Part shown: positions 9,191-18,716 of the stretch, piece by piece
Layout: each line of letters opens with the position of its first letter
Position numbering within the stretch: the stretch's first letter is position 1
Translations under genes and position numbers: made by a program
Source: a virus
Virus record (IMG/VR): IMGVR_UViG_3300034095_000254
Length of the DNA: 64,000 bases
Reading direction: 5' to 3' (one strand)
Notes under the pieces: generated by a model
The model's input: the letters and a program-made list of their open reading frames with translations, nothing else
Database searches by the model: none
What the model was told of the DNA's origin: nothing

Positions 9191-9483
9191 TATTTGTTCC
9201 TTTCGGTGTCGAAGTAGTGGTGTGATTTACCAATGGGTAAATCTTGTGCTTCATATAACTCTGGATAATCTTCCATAGTAGAACCACCACCATGGTCAGA
9301 ATATTCTTCAACAACATAATCTAATGTCCCTGGAGGTGGCATGTAACCACAACCACGAATAAACAAGTCAGCGTGTTCCAGAATATCGTTCATACTATCA
9401 ACTTGAAACTCATATGTTACTTTAGTACCATCTGGTTTTCCGTAAAGATTCGTGTGTTCTCCAATAAAGGTAAATTTTGGCAT
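9190..9483 (-). CDS. Hypothetical protein
   Basis: ORF in co-directional block. Confidence 0.6.
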   Translation of the reverse strand: MPKFTFIGEHTNLYGKPDGTKVTYEFQVDSMNDILEHADLFIRGCGYMPPPGTLDYVVEEYSDHGGGSTMEDYPELYEAQDLPIGKSHHYFDTERNK

Positions 9484-9597
9484 TAGTCTTGCTCCTGTAT
9501 TGACCATTTTAATTGTTTAATTTCTTCTTTTAAATTTGAGTTTTCATACTCAAGATCGTTGACTCTTTGAATTAAGGTAAGAATTGCTTCTTCCTTA

Positions 9598-9798
9598 TCA
9601 TTCAGTGGGATTAGTTGATGGTTCATTTTCTTTTTTCTTTATTGACCAAGTGCCATTTTTATTATCTATCCACTCGAGTGTATCGCCAATCTTCCAACCA
9701 GCACTCTCCATGATTTCATCTGTAAGAGGAAGAACTAAATCTCCACTCCCATCATCTGCTGTTTCAACTGTAATTGTCCAGTGTGTGGGTTTACTCAT
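9598..9798 (-). CDS. AbrB/MazE-like DNA-binding protein
   Basis: GDLVLPL...GWKIGDTLEW. Confidence 0.65.
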   Translation of the reverse strand: MSKPTHWTITVETADDGSGDLVLPLTDEIMESAGWKIGDTLEWIDNKNGTWSIKKKENEPSTNPTE

Positions 9799-10126
9799 AG
9801 TTAATCTCCAACCAGTTAGTTTCTTCTGGTAATACTTCAATTGTAATATTATTGGCAAGTGCTTTGGTTACCATATTCTCAAGAACACCATAACCATAAC
9901 TGCTTGCACCATAAGATGCTTTATGACAAGCATAGGTAGAGCCACTGCTTCCGTCAAACATGAAGCAATGACTCTCTTCATATGCTCTTGTAATGCCACT
10001 ATTGAGTTTCCAAGAATCTGAACCAAGATAACCACCATACCAACAAGCAAACACTTTATGGACTGGTGGAGTATCTGGTCCAGTGATCTTAACAATCAAC
10101 CATTTGTCTGGATTGTAATCACTCAT
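9791..10126 (-). CDS. Conserved phage hypothetical protein
   Basis: YNPDKW, WYGGYLGSDSWKLNSGI, GSSGSTY. Confidence 0.7.
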   Translation of the reverse strand: MSDYNPDKWLIVKITGPDTPPVHKVFACWYGGYLGSDSWKLNSGITRAYEESHCFMFDGSSGSTYACHKASYGASSYGYGVLENMVTKALANNITIEVLPEETNWLEINYE

Positions 10127-10127
10127 A

Positions 10128-11036
10128 CTAAACCTCTACGAATTTAAGTTCGAAACGATCTGCTCGATCTTCGTAGTTGATGTAGCCACGAGGATTACAA
10201 ACAACACGACAACTAACAAGCATGTAGTCGAAGTCTTCATGAGTGTGACCATGAGTCCAGAGTTTAATTCCTGGACGATCCATAATGAATTGATCCAAAC
10301 GAGAATTGTATGCACCATTCATCAGTTGATCATGCTTGTAACGAGGATGCTCGGAATTCTTGCTTGGAGCATGATGTCCAACAACAACAGTCGTCATCCA
10401 TGGAGGAGTAGCTTCATAGGTATCCTCGATAAACTTTAACATTGCTTTGTGGTCTTCCACTGCATCCTGCGGAGACAAATATGCTTCACGAGTCTTGAAG
10501 ACGGCATGATACATACCAGCACCATTTTCATGTTTCTTATGTTCACCATTCTCATCAAGAGTTGGTTCCTCTGTTCTGAAGTTTACAGTCCGTAGACTAT
10601 TCTTGCAGATCTGAAAGTCATTCATCCGACGAGAAACATGATTCATGGTCATCTCATCTTCACCATTCATATCAGTCCAAAGAGTGCCACCGATAAAACG
10701 ATGATCACCATGATCCCAAACTTCCTTGTCAAGAACATGAATGTTCTCTAGGTGCTTTAGTGCATCTTTCAGATAGCCGATAGAAGTAGCATAGTCACCA
10801 TGGTAATGCTCGTGATTACCCATAACATAAACCACATGAGGAAAGTTACGAGAGCAAGCAGTAAAAAACTCAAGATACCTATCAGTTTTAGCAGAAGATA
10901 AAATACTGTCGGTAACACGAAGGTCAACAGCAGTACAAATATCACCAGATAAAATAAGGACTTCAGCATTCTGTGTGTTCTGTAGATCCAGTTGTCCGAA
11001 TTCTAGATGGACATCTGAGCATATTGCGATTTTCAT
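10128..11036 (-). CDS. Calcineurin-like metallophosphoesterase
   Basis: SDVHLE, GD, GNHE, GHHAP, HGHTH, NPRGY. Confidence 0.92.
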   Translation of the reverse strand: MKIAICSDVHLEFGQLDLQNTQNAEVLILSGDICTAVDLRVTDSILSSAKTDRYLEFFTACSRNFPHVVYVMGNHEHYHGDYATSIGYLKDALKHLENIHVLDKEVWDHGDHRFIGGTLWTDMNGEDEMTMNHVSRRMNDFQICKNSLRTVNFRTEEPTLDENGEHKKHENGAGMYHAVFKTREAYLSPQDAVEDHKAMLKFIEDTYEATPPWMTTVVVGHHAPSKNSEHPRYKHDQLMNGAYNSRLDQFIMDRPGIKLWTHGHTHEDFDYMLVSCRVVCNPRGYINYEDRADRFELKFVEV

Positions 11037-11254
11037 TAGTGTACCTTTTCATTTTTCTGCATCGGAGGATCTCGACTAATACTACTGAGTAGTTTTAAAA
11101 AGTCTTCAGTGGATCCTGCTTCTTTGTTTAGAACCATTGCTCGAGCCATCAAAATTGCAGCAAGAGATAATGGAGTTATTTCGTATCTTGATAAGAGTGT
11201 TGTTATGTAGCTGTCAACACCTCGTGATATTTCAATTAGGTTTTCATCTGTCAT
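11036..11254 (-). CDS. Hypothetical protein
   Basis: ORF abutting neighbours. Confidence 0.55.
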   Translation of the reverse strand: MTDENLIEISRGVDSYITTLLSRYEITPLSLAAILMARAMVLNKEAGSTEDFLKLLSSISRDPPMQKNEKVH

Positions 11255-11262
11255 TTATTTTC

Positions 11263-11853
11263 TCACTTAAATGGTGTTCCGTTAATCCAGCCCACCAATG
11301 AGTGGCGAGTTCCTTTGGTAACTTCTGTTACTCTGTGTAATGTATAACTTGGAAATACCAGCAATGTACCTTGTGTTCTAGATAACTTTGTTGGGAATTC
11401 ACTATCAATAATTTCAAAGTCTCCACCTTCATAAGAAGATGGATCGCTTAACTGAACAACAATGGATAACTTACGAATCACTCCACCGCTAATCTGATCA
11501 ATGTGTGCATTGTATTTTCCACTTGGTGCTTTGTATTCTGTGAACTGTAAAGATTCTCCAAAAGCAAACAAATCAAATTTAAAGAATTCGGCATTTACAT
11601 TATTAACATAGTCAGTTAGTTTCTGGTATACCCATCTCATTGAGTCATTTGGTTTCATAAAGAAAATATTTGAATTTCTATATTCTTTATCCAAAGTATT
11701 TACAGTTCCACTGAAAAATTCATCCCTATGTTTTTCTGTAATGTTCTTTATGATGTAATCACACTCGGATACACTAAATGCATTTTCAATAAAGGCATAT
11801 CTGTTTACATGGTCTGTTTGTAATGCCCAAGATGAACTAAATTCTTCGTTCAT
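11263..11853 (-). CDS. 2OG-Fe(II) oxygenase (PKHD type)
   Basis: HID, RKLSIVVQLSDP..YEGG, FPSYTLHRVT.VTKGTR.SLVGW. Confidence 0.92.
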   Translation of the reverse strand: MNEEFSSSWALQTDHVNRYAFIENAFSVSECDYIIKNITEKHRDEFFSGTVNTLDKEYRNSNIFFMKPNDSMRWVYQKLTDYVNNVNAEFFKFDLFAFGESLQFTEYKAPSGKYNAHIDQISGGVIRKLSIVVQLSDPSSYEGGDFEIIDSEFPTKLSRTQGTLLVFPSYTLHRVTEVTKGTRHSLVGWINGTPFK

Positions 11854-12086
11854 TGGTTTTCCTTTTTATAGGGATTGTCTGGATTCCTTGCTTGAAACTT
11901 TGGAATCTCAGTCATACAGTACTGCTCACCTCGTAGACCAATATAGAACTTACAGGGATTACCGATAAGATTATTGGAAGCACTATTATCAATGTAGACA
12001 TTCTCAACCTTCGTGAAGTGTCCACACCCTGTTATGCTTAGTCCCACTATTATGGGGATCCAAAATTTAGCCACCGTAATATCCAA
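11850..12086 (-). CDS. Putative lipoprotein
   Basis: Lipobox-like ITGC after hydrophobic stretch. Confidence 0.45.
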   Translation of the reverse strand: MDITVAKFWIPIIVGLSITGCGHFTKVENVYIDNSASNNLIGNPCKFYIGLRGEQYCMTEIPKFQARNPDNPYKKENQ

Positions 12087-12318
12087 TCAATAAATTCATT
12101 GCACGGATTAGTGTTCCGTTATTCACGACATCATCAGGATGCATCCAATAACCATCTGGATTCAACTCATCCTTGGGATTCTCATTCCACTGGTCCAACT
12201 CGCTCTGGAGATAATCTCTAGAGTCAATTAAAGATGCCAGTGTAATGCCATGCCCAACTTCATAGGGAATAGTCAATCCACCAGTAGGATACAAATGTTC
12301 ATTTTCAGTTTTTATCAT
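12067..12318 (-). CDS. Hypothetical protein (leaderless start)
   Basis: ATG 12318 lies 6 nt after TATAAT. Confidence 0.65.
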   Translation of the reverse strand: MIKTENEHLYPTGGLTIPYEVGHGITLASLIDSRDYLQSELDQWNENPKDELNPDGYWMHPDDVVNNGTLIRAMNLLIGYYGG

Positions 12319-12324
12319 AATACT

Positions 12325-12353
12325 ATTATACTCCAATCAATCTTGCAAGACAA
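12325..12353 (-). promoter_or_regulatory. Sigma70-like promoter, leaderless transcript
   Basis: TTGTCT-17-TATAAT-6-ATG. Confidence 0.75.
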
Positions 12354-12421
12354 GCATTAATATGCAAGATGTATAAACACTAAAACAATCAATAACACTA
12401 TTACAATTGCATCTGCAGTTC

Positions 12422-12763
12422 TCATCGACTTACCCTCAGTTCTGCTTCTGGATTCGTTAGACAAGCATTATAGTATTGTTTCACAAATTCCACGAGACCA
12501 TCATATTCACCCCATCCGTTCTCTGGATTATATCTCTTATATTCCTCGGGAGAGCAAATTAACTTAACCATCCCTTCATGCAGTAACGAAGCAATATCGC
12601 TGGCAGTGTAATAACCATGCTCGTCTGGTCGCCATAGAACCTCATAGAGAGTCTTACCATTCTCTAGTTTAACTGCTCCAGCCATCTTCCCAAGATTGTG
12701 AGTGATATTCATAGAGAAGATACTCGTGGGTTGTATAACCATTAAATCAACATCAAGACTCAT
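12422..12763 (-). CDS. Conserved phage hypothetical protein
   Basis: MSLDV, NITHNLGKMA, NPENGWGEY. Confidence 0.7.
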   Translation of the reverse strand: MSLDVDLMVIQPTSIFSMNITHNLGKMAGAVKLENGKTLYEVLWRPDEHGYYTASDIASLLHEGMVKLICSPEEYKRYNPENGWGEYDGLVEFVKQYYNACLTNPEAELRVSR

Positions 12764-12881
12764 TTTTAATATCTTTCTTCTGTGCCTGTCGTTCAGACTT
12801 CCAAAACACTCTCTTCCAATCTCTTAGATGTTTCCACCATTGGGGAGGAGATGTAAGATTACCCTTCTTTACATTGGCCAT
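12753..12881 (-). CDS. Small basic Trp-rich peptide (42 aa)
   Basis: Manual ORF MANVKKGNLTSPPQWWKHLRDWKRVFWKSERQ...; GGAG RBS. Confidence 0.55.
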   Translation of the reverse strand: MANVKKGNLTSPPQWWKHLRDWKRVFWKSERQAQKKDIKNES

Positions 12882-12924
12882 ACTAACTCCATGATAATAA
12901 TTATTGCCATTGCAATTAGACTAG

Positions 12925-13113
12925 TCATTCTTCTTCCTGTAGGTCAGAGTACAACCATTCCAAATACATGAGTGCTTTCTCTAGATAGTGTCGCTGGTCT
13001 TCGGATCCATTCGTTTCAATGGCTTCCTTAATGTCGTATAGACAGTTCTCGCAGTGACCAACAGTTGTAGCCATTTCGTTTGATTTAATCATTTTGTGAA
13101 TTGTTTCATCCAT
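12925..13113 (-). CDS. Hypothetical protein
   Basis: ORF track. Confidence 0.45.
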   Translation of the reverse strand: MDETIHKMIKSNEMATTVGHCENCLYDIKEAIETNGSEDQRHYLEKALMYLEWLYSDLQEEE

Positions 13114-13367
13114 GCTGTTAGTATATCTCTGGCTTCTACCTTAGAGAGATCAAATCGATCCTGCAGATAAGCACCAGCCCCATACATGTTAGTCACACCT
13201 GATTCTCTAAGTGCGTCTAGATACTGATAATATTCGTTCATAGATTTTCCTTTGCTACCACTAGCCATAACAATCAATTCTTGTCCAATACACATGCCGT
13301 TCATATGCAACCTTTCATAGTGAAATTTTTCTCGGGAATTTTTTTGCAGCAATCTGATTTCCAACAC
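13089..13367 (-). CDS. Hypothetical protein (real start probably at MNEYYQYL)
   Basis: LDALRESGVTNMYGAGAYL motif typical of phage small proteins. Confidence 0.55.
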   Translation of the reverse strand: MLEIRLLQKNSREKFHYERLHMNGMCIGQELIVMASGSKGKSMNEYYQYLDALRESGVTNMYGAGAYLQDRFDLSKVEARDILTAWMKQFTK

Positions 13368-13382
13368 TGCAACCCTATAGAG

Positions 13383-13411
13383 ATTATACCCTAATATCGA
13401 ATTAAAGACAA
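13383..13411 (-). promoter_or_regulatory. Sigma70-like promoter
   Basis: TTGTCT-17-TATAAT. Confidence 0.7.
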
Positions 13412-13502
13412 GGATGTAATTATGATGTGCCTAAACCCTCCGCATAGCCCATCGGGTAGGAGTCCCTGTGTTATATTTTATGTCCCCTAATCCCTCTACA
13501 GA

Positions 13503-13652
13503 TTACAACTGTTTCATCTTCTCAGATCCAAAGTACATCAGTGCCAGTCCTACTGCTGCTATACCCATTAGTGCCAACAGTGAATTCTCTGGCTCTTCCA
13601 TACCACCAACTGCACCCATTACTATTACTAGTCCCACGATAAATCTAATCAT
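13503..13652 (-). CDS. Small two-TM membrane protein (49 aa)
   Basis: Manual ORF MIRFIVGLVIVMGAVGGMEE...; AAGGA RBS. Confidence 0.55.
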   Translation of the reverse strand: MIRFIVGLVIVMGAVGGMEEPENSLLALMGIAAVGLALMYFGSEKMKQL

Positions 13653-13952
13653 TTTCAAGTCCTTTAAATTATTTGCAAGAAATTAACAGAGTTTTGAATT
13701 GAAGTTGCTCGCTGCCGTCTGGATGGCGAATGACTACACATCGTTCGGCACCAGCAGCACCATTGCGAAGGATTTTAACACGATTACCAGTTATTTTGTC
13801 AATAGCGAACATTTTATATCCCTTTATTGTTGTAAGCTGCAATCATTGTTGTCAACGATTCTTTTACTATTACTACTAACTCTGCCAGTAGATGCCCCAC
13901 CTCAGTAGGGAATGCTACTACTATTACTGCCACGAGTATCCACTTTAACATA

Positions 13953-14843
13953 TTAAGCAGTCAACATGTAAGTAGCAAGGTCTTTCCACTCTTTGTTGCT
14001 GGCACGAATCTTTGCAACAGCAATAAGGGTACGGAGGGAGATCTCGGAACACTCGTTCTTGATGGTACGAATCAGACCAAGAGCATCACTCTTAATAGTA
14101 GCATCGTACTCTGGGAGGAACTCATCACTCTTTGCAATAAACTCCATGCGGTCGATCTTCTGGTCTAGAGACATGCTTAGATCGATCATCATAGAGCGAC
14201 TACGGATGGCTTGGTCGATCTTGTCCTGTACCATGTTAGAGATGAAAATCACACGACCAGTAAAGTCGAAACTGCGTGGAAGGTCATCATCCTTCATGTC
14301 AGCATTCCAGCTAATGATTCTTTTACCGTAAGAGTCCAAAGCACCTTTAAGCAAGTTTAATGCAACAGGGTCACGAAGAACAGCATCACAGTCATCAAAC
14401 ACGATGATGGATTTGTTGTTTTCGAAGAGAGTACGATACAAACCCTTGGCAGTAGAGTAACCCTTAACCATGGTGAAACACTTGCGTGTATTAATCACCG
14501 AACCAACTTGGAATTCAGCCAAATCAGAAATGTCTTTGTAGCCATGCGCTTCCAGCGTCTTAGTGACTGTATAAGTCTTGCCCAAACCACCTTCACCAGT
14601 AATAACAGCACTAGGCTGAACACCAGTAGCAACCATCGTGACCAATTTCTCAACGAAACCGAAACGAGTGTTAATGTCATATTTGGATTGTTTTTCAGCA
14701 ACAGCAGCGATATGGACTTCCATGTCACCCACCATTGCTTGCACCTTGCGCTCCACATATTTCTTAGAGTAAGATTTGATAGTCTTAGAACCCACTTTAG
14801 CGATGTAGTTGGTTCCGTCGAAGGTGATATTTGCTGTAGTCAT
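13953..14843 (-). CDS. P-loop/AAA-type ATPase
   Basis: Walker A GEGGLGKT, Walker B IIVFDDCD, IFISN, AIRSR. Confidence 0.85.
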   Translation of the reverse strand: MTTANITFDGTNYIAKVGSKTIKSYSKKYVERKVQAMVGDMEVHIAAVAEKQSKYDINTRFGFVEKLVTMVATGVQPSAVITGEGGLGKTYTVTKTLEAHGYKDISDLAEFQVGSVINTRKCFTMVKGYSTAKGLYRTLFENNKSIIVFDDCDAVLRDPVALNLLKGALDSYGKRIISWNADMKDDDLPRSFDFTGRVIFISNMVQDKIDQAIRSRSMMIDLSMSLDQKIDRMEFIAKSDEFLPEYDATIKSDALGLIRTIKNECSEISLRTLIAVAKIRASNKEWKDLATYMLTA

Positions 14844-14874
14844 AATTAAGTCCTTTTCTCGATTCAATAAGAGA

Positions 14875-14903
14875 ATTATCCCCTAAATCGGAATTAACGA
14901 CAA
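14875..14903 (-). promoter_or_regulatory. Sigma70-like promoter
   Basis: TTGTCG-17-GATAAT, upstream AACCC/GGGTT palindrome. Confidence 0.6.
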
Positions 14904-15036
14904 CAACTTTATGGAATACCCTTACAGACTAAAGGGTTATTACCCAGACTCGTCGTCTCTCGAATAACCCTTAGTTAGTGTTTACTTACTTGTCTCTCTG
15001 TCTCTATCTCTACTCTCGATCAACCCTAACACCGTA

Positions 15037-15065
15037 AGTATACCGCATCGTCAAGTATAAATCAA
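15037..15065 (-). promoter_or_regulatory. Sigma70-like promoter
   Basis: TTGATT-17-TATACT. Confidence 0.55.
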
Positions 15066-15086
15066 ATCTAAATTGCAAGTTGCAAA

Positions 15087-15380
15087 CTAGACTTCTTCCC
15101 ACAGGTCGCCATCCTGAACAAACCGACCAGTACCCATATTATCCCTAATAGGTGCGACAGGGTCAGGTGTCTTATTAGCACCGAGACTAGTGAAGGAATG
15201 GACTTGTGCTTCTGCTTTCTCATCACCACTAGTGAGCCATGCCGACTTAGCATCACCGATTTTCTTCTTGGTTTCTGGAGTATGTTTCTTCTGGTTGCCA
15301 CACGAGCGACTACAGAACTCACCACGCTTGTTGTGCACAGCGTTACACTTAGGACATGTTTTTGATTTGTATCCCATCAC
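15087..15380 (-). CDS. Zn-finger/NUMOD3-like small protein
   Basis: CPKC...CSRSC followed by HTPETKKKI. Confidence 0.6.
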   Translation of the reverse strand: MMGYKSKTCPKCNAVHNKRGEFCSRSCGNQKKHTPETKKKIGDAKSAWLTSGDEKAEAQVHSFTSLGANKTPDPVAPIRDNMGTGRFVQDGDLWEEV

Positions 15381-15550
15381 TCGCCTTTGTATTCACTGAA
15401 ACTGTGTATTTCTGGAATATCTGTCCACCATGCATCATTCACTCACTGGCATCTTACTCATTAGTGTAGCCAGCATCTCCATGGCTTTCTCTAACTGGTC
15501 ATCCGAGTGTTTCAGTCTCTCTTCTAGAAACTTAATGTATTCTTCTTGGT

Positions 15551-15775
15551 TCATACAATATCCTTAGTTGGCTTCCATTCATCCCATGGGCATCTCTCTG
15601 TATACTCATAGTTTCGTTTCTTATCGAATTCCTCTGCTTCTTCCAGTGTAGCGAGTTCATAGCCCTTTTCATCCCAATACTCACACTCACATACATAACG
15701 ACCTGCATTATGAGAGGCATTTCTTAGAAAGCCATGTGGAGCCATTGGATGAGGATTACATTCTTTCTCTACCAT
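15551..15775 (-). CDS. Hypothetical protein
   Basis: HPMAPHGFLRNASH..GRYVCEC motif. Confidence 0.55.
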   Translation of the reverse strand: MVEKECNPHPMAPHGFLRNASHNAGRYVCECEYWDEKGYELATLEEAEEFDKKRNYEYTERCPWDEWKPTKDIV

Positions 15776-15781
15776 GACGAC

Positions 15782-15997
15782 TCATCCACGATTACCAGTA
15801 ATTAGATCTTGGTCACTAGGAACAAAGTCACAGTGCCCACCAAGTTTATTGATGAAGTCATCGTGTAATTCCTCTGGAAGCCAAAAACGAGTACGATTTA
15901 GATGTGGCTCAAAGGTTAGATTATTCTCTTTGATATAGTTGATCACAGAGCCAAAGTGAGGTGATTTAGTGAGTATTGCGTAGTGATGGGTTACCAT
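15782..15997 (-). CDS. Hypothetical protein
   Basis: ORF track; EPHLNRTRFW. Confidence 0.55.
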   Translation of the reverse strand: MVTHHYAILTKSPHFGSVINYIKENNLTFEPHLNRTRFWLPEELHDDFINKLGGHCDFVPSDQDLITGNRG

Positions 15998-16194
15998 GAT
16001 GATTCGTCCACGATTTGTTTGATTATGATTACTGGATCTTCGTTGATCACAGTGCGGATTGATGCTGAGACTAAAATTCCGATTCCCGAGGAAGAATCAC
16101 AAGAGACAGTAATATAGTCGGAGTCGGGATATTTGTTTGCGAACTCAAGAATTGCGTTGAGGTCGTCTTTATGGAGGATTACTTCTTGTGTCAT
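15991..16194 (-). CDS. Hypothetical protein
   Basis: ORF track; DSSSGIG. Confidence 0.55.
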   Translation of the reverse strand: MTQEVILHKDDLNAILEFANKYPDSDYITVSCDSSSGIGILVSASIRTVINEDPVIIIKQIVDESSW

Positions 16195-16596
16195 TGTAGT
16201 TCGTTTATCATTGCTCGTTGATTGGCGATTACTGTCTCTAGTTCAGTGACTCGTTTAGTTAGTCGAGCGATTTCTGTCTCATAGGTTGCTAGTTTCTCTC
16301 CCATTGCTAGGATTGCTTTTGTTTCTTTGGCTTCATTTGTTTCCATATTTCCATTCCTTTGCTGTGGTTTCATCGTCAAAATAAGGTGATACAACTCGAC
16401 CATCGATAGTCCAGAAGTATGTATAGGTATTCATTCCTGCATCTCTGTAGCGAATGAGTTTAGGTTCACTTGGAGTCTTTGTCATCTTTCTCACCTGCAG
16501 CCATGGGAATATCGATCAATACGAACTTGAAGAATTGAACAATTATACTAATCGGAAGCACTATGAATATAGTAAATATCCCCGATAACCACTGCA

Positions 16597-16785
16597 TTAT
16601 AGCACTGCCAGTTTTCTCTTGCATTCTTCTATCTCATCCTTTAGTTTCAGCTTCTTTTTCTTTAGATTATGACACTCGATTGATTCATCATAGAGACAGT
16701 CGAGTTCCCAGATTTCCTTATCCAATATATCGTGTTTCTCTTGGAGATGTTTGATATGGTTTTCTAGTTTCTCTTTTGTAATCAT
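16597..16785 (-). CDS. DUF465/YdcH-like coiled-coil protein
   Basis: LQEKHDILDKEI...LKKKKLKLKDEI. Confidence 0.7.
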   Translation of the reverse strand: MITKEKLENHIKHLQEKHDILDKEIWELDCLYDESIECHNLKKKKLKLKDEIEECKRKLAVL

Positions 16786-16991
16786 CGTAGTAGCCAGTTT
16801 CCGTTAAGATTGTCACAGTACTCCGCATATTCCCTTTGGAGCATCTCATCGAATTCTTTCTTATAGTCTACATTATGCAGACGATCGAATGCCTTTAGTT
16901 TTTCTCCCTGATATTGTGGAGCAATATTACCCTTCCATTCCTCGAATGATAGTGGTTTCTTTGGCTCCATCTGATAGTCTTTAATGTTCAT
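16782..16991 (-). CDS. Hypothetical protein
   Basis: ATGA-coupled ORF. Confidence 0.55.
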   Translation of the reverse strand: MNIKDYQMEPKKPLSFEEWKGNIAPQYQGEKLKAFDRLHNVDYKKEFDEMLQREYAEYCDNLNGNWLLR

Positions 16992-17389
16992 CGTGCTCTC
17001 TCCCCTAGTTCTTTATATCCTGCCCATGATGGGTGGATATTATCTTTCTGCATACGATCTGTTCTTAGGATAATATCATTATGCTCATTCGCCACATGCC
17101 AGACTGCTGACTGTGCCTTTGGAAACTTATCGCTTGGCATGATCCAATAGACTCGTTGTGCACTGGTTAGTTTACGAATAGTTCGTAGTTCTTCCTCAGT
17201 GTCCTTGACGAACGCATCGTTTGAACCAAGAGAGATGATGACATGATCCGCAATGAGTGGTGTATTCTGAATGTTTTTGTTTATCCACTGGTGCGAGTTA
17301 ATTCCACCCTTAACGAAGGCAACGCATTCTTTTCTTACATTGGCGATTCCCACTCCAATTGAATCACCTGCTATGATACATTCAAACAT
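16988..17389 (-). CDS. SGNH/GDSL hydrolase-like protein
   Basis: GDSI, LGSND, DNIHP. Confidence 0.8.
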   Translation of the reverse strand: MFECIIAGDSIGVGIANVRKECVAFVKGGINSHQWINKNIQNTPLIADHVIISLGSNDAFVKDTEEELRTIRKLTSAQRVYWIMPSDKFPKAQSAVWHVANEHNDIILRTDRMQKDNIHPSWAGYKELGERAR

Positions 17390-17431
17390 ATTATCCTTAA
17401 TGTGAAAAATCCCACATAAGTGGGATTGAGT

Positions 17432-17635
17432 TTATCTACCTCGACCAGCAGACTTTTTCATGGGCTTCTGTGCCAGATTAGTCACTGCCTTATTGACTGC
17501 CTTACCAGCTTCTCTACGACCAAATCCTTGGCTTTGCAGAGTATGCTTGGCTTTCTTCTTGGCTCGTTTAAGTAGTTTCTTTTGTTCCCACTGCTCTTTA
17601 AAGGTTAGTGGTACTGGTGTAATTTGTTCTGTCAT
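17432..17635 (-). CDS. Small basic protein
   Basis: Lys/Arg-rich, GGAG RBS. Confidence 0.55.
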   Translation of the reverse strand: MTEQITPVPLTFKEQWEQKKLLKRAKKKAKHTLQSQGFGRREAGKAVNKAVTNLAQKPMKKSAGRGR

Positions 17636-17651
17636 AATATCTCCATATTGT

Positions 17652-17727
17652 TGGAGCGGGATATCAGGTTCGAACTGACGACCTTAACTTTGGCAAAGTT
17701 ACGCTCTACCAACTGAGCTAATCCCGC
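17652..17727 (-). tRNA. tRNA-Gly(GCC)
   Basis: Cloverleaf, loop TTGCCAA, encoded CCA. Confidence 0.93.
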
Positions 17728-17740
17728 ACTCTTACTACTT

Positions 17741-17769
17741 ATTATACAATAATAAACCCTGCATGTCAA
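17741..17769 (-). promoter_or_regulatory. Sigma70-like promoter for tRNA-Gly
   Basis: TTGACA-17-TATAAT. Confidence 0.85.
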
Positions 17770-17770
17770 A

Positions 17771-18247
17771 TTATGCTGCACGCATGTAAGACTTGTATCT
17801 GTCTGCAGCGTAGGATGCTGCAAATGCGTTTGGCTTTACGAATGGAACTACATTGCACATACCTTTAATGTAACCAACTGCTTCGTTGATTACGCAAGAT
17901 GAACCATGCATTTCGTCTGGGTTAATATCCAGATGCACTTGGACTTCTCTGTCCTCTAACACATCATGCAGTTTTAGGTATAGGTCTGCAATCTTATAAA
18001 CCTCATTCATCAATCGCATTCTTGGCTTATCTTTCTTCTGGTCGTAGCATCTCTCACGAGAGACTTCACCGAAGATTTTACAACCATTATTACCATTGAT
18101 ATGAACAACAATCACTAAGATGTAATCAGCGTAGAATTCATTTCCGATATTAAATCGTTCAGAGTCACCACCGATATAAATCTTTGATTCAGGACTCTGT
18201 GCCATGATAAAGTCTTTCACTTCATCAATGTCAATATCTTTACGCAT
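17771..18247 (-). CDS. RNase H-like YkuK (DUF458) family protein
   Basis: IYIGGDS, RLMNEV, VHLDIN, KPNAFAASYAAD. Confidence 0.8.
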   Translation of the reverse strand: MRKDIDIDEVKDFIMAQSPESKIYIGGDSERFNIGNEFYADYILVIVVHINGNNGCKIFGEVSRERCYDQKKDKPRMRLMNEVYKIADLYLKLHDVLEDREVQVHLDINPDEMHGSSCVINEAVGYIKGMCNVVPFVKPNAFAASYAADRYKSYMRAA

Positions 18248-18266
18248 TATACACCTCTATCTTAAA

Positions 18267-18340
18267 TGGAGCGGAGTGAGAGAATCGAACTCTCAACGGA
18301 AGATTGGAAATCTACAGTTTTACCATTAAACTAACCCCGC
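18267..18340 (-). tRNA. tRNA-Gly(TCC)
   Basis: Loop TTTCCAA, CCA. Confidence 0.92.
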
Positions 18341-18343
18341 ACT

Positions 18344-18417
18344 TGGCGTCCCGATAGGGACTCGAACCCCAACCAATGGTTTTGGAGACCATTATGCTGC
18401 CATTACACCATCGAGAC
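18344..18417 (-). tRNA. tRNA-Trp(CCA)
   Basis: Loop CTCCAAA, CCA. Confidence 0.92.
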
Positions 18418-18418
18418 A

Positions 18419-18625
18419 TTATCTTTCTATACCCAACGCTTTATCAATAGCGTCACACATTTCCTTTGGTGCTGCTCTACACGAACACCAACTGAATTTT
18501 CTACCACATACATCACAGAATGTTCGCTTCTCTCCAAAGATTGTATCAAACTTATCATCGAATTCATTCTTTGGTATAGCGAATGGTCTAGGACTACTAC
18601 CTTTACCACCATCACTCATTGCCAT
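18419..18625 (-). CDS. Hypothetical protein
   Basis: MSDGGKGSSPRP...FDTIFG motif plus CxxC; AGGAG RBS. Confidence 0.65.
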   Translation of the reverse strand: MAMSDGGKGSSPRPFAIPKNEFDDKFDTIFGEKRTFCDVCGRKFSWCSCRAAPKEMCDAIDKALGIER

Positions 18626-18640
18626 TACTAACTCCTAATT

Positions 18641-18714
18641 TGGTGCTCCGTGAGAGAATCGAACTCCCAATTGATGATTACTAATCAACTGTTATACCAT
18701 TTAACTAACAGAGC
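18641..18714 (-). tRNA. tRNA-Thr(AGT), A34 anticodon
   Basis: Loop TTAGTAA, G1-C72/C2-G71, CCA. Confidence 0.88.
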
Positions 18715-18716
18715 AT

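Noticed and set aside
13660-13950. Apparent long non-coding gap
   Set aside because: Filled by two short minus-strand ORFs (MFAIDKITG..., MLKWILVAV...) below the track's length cutoff.
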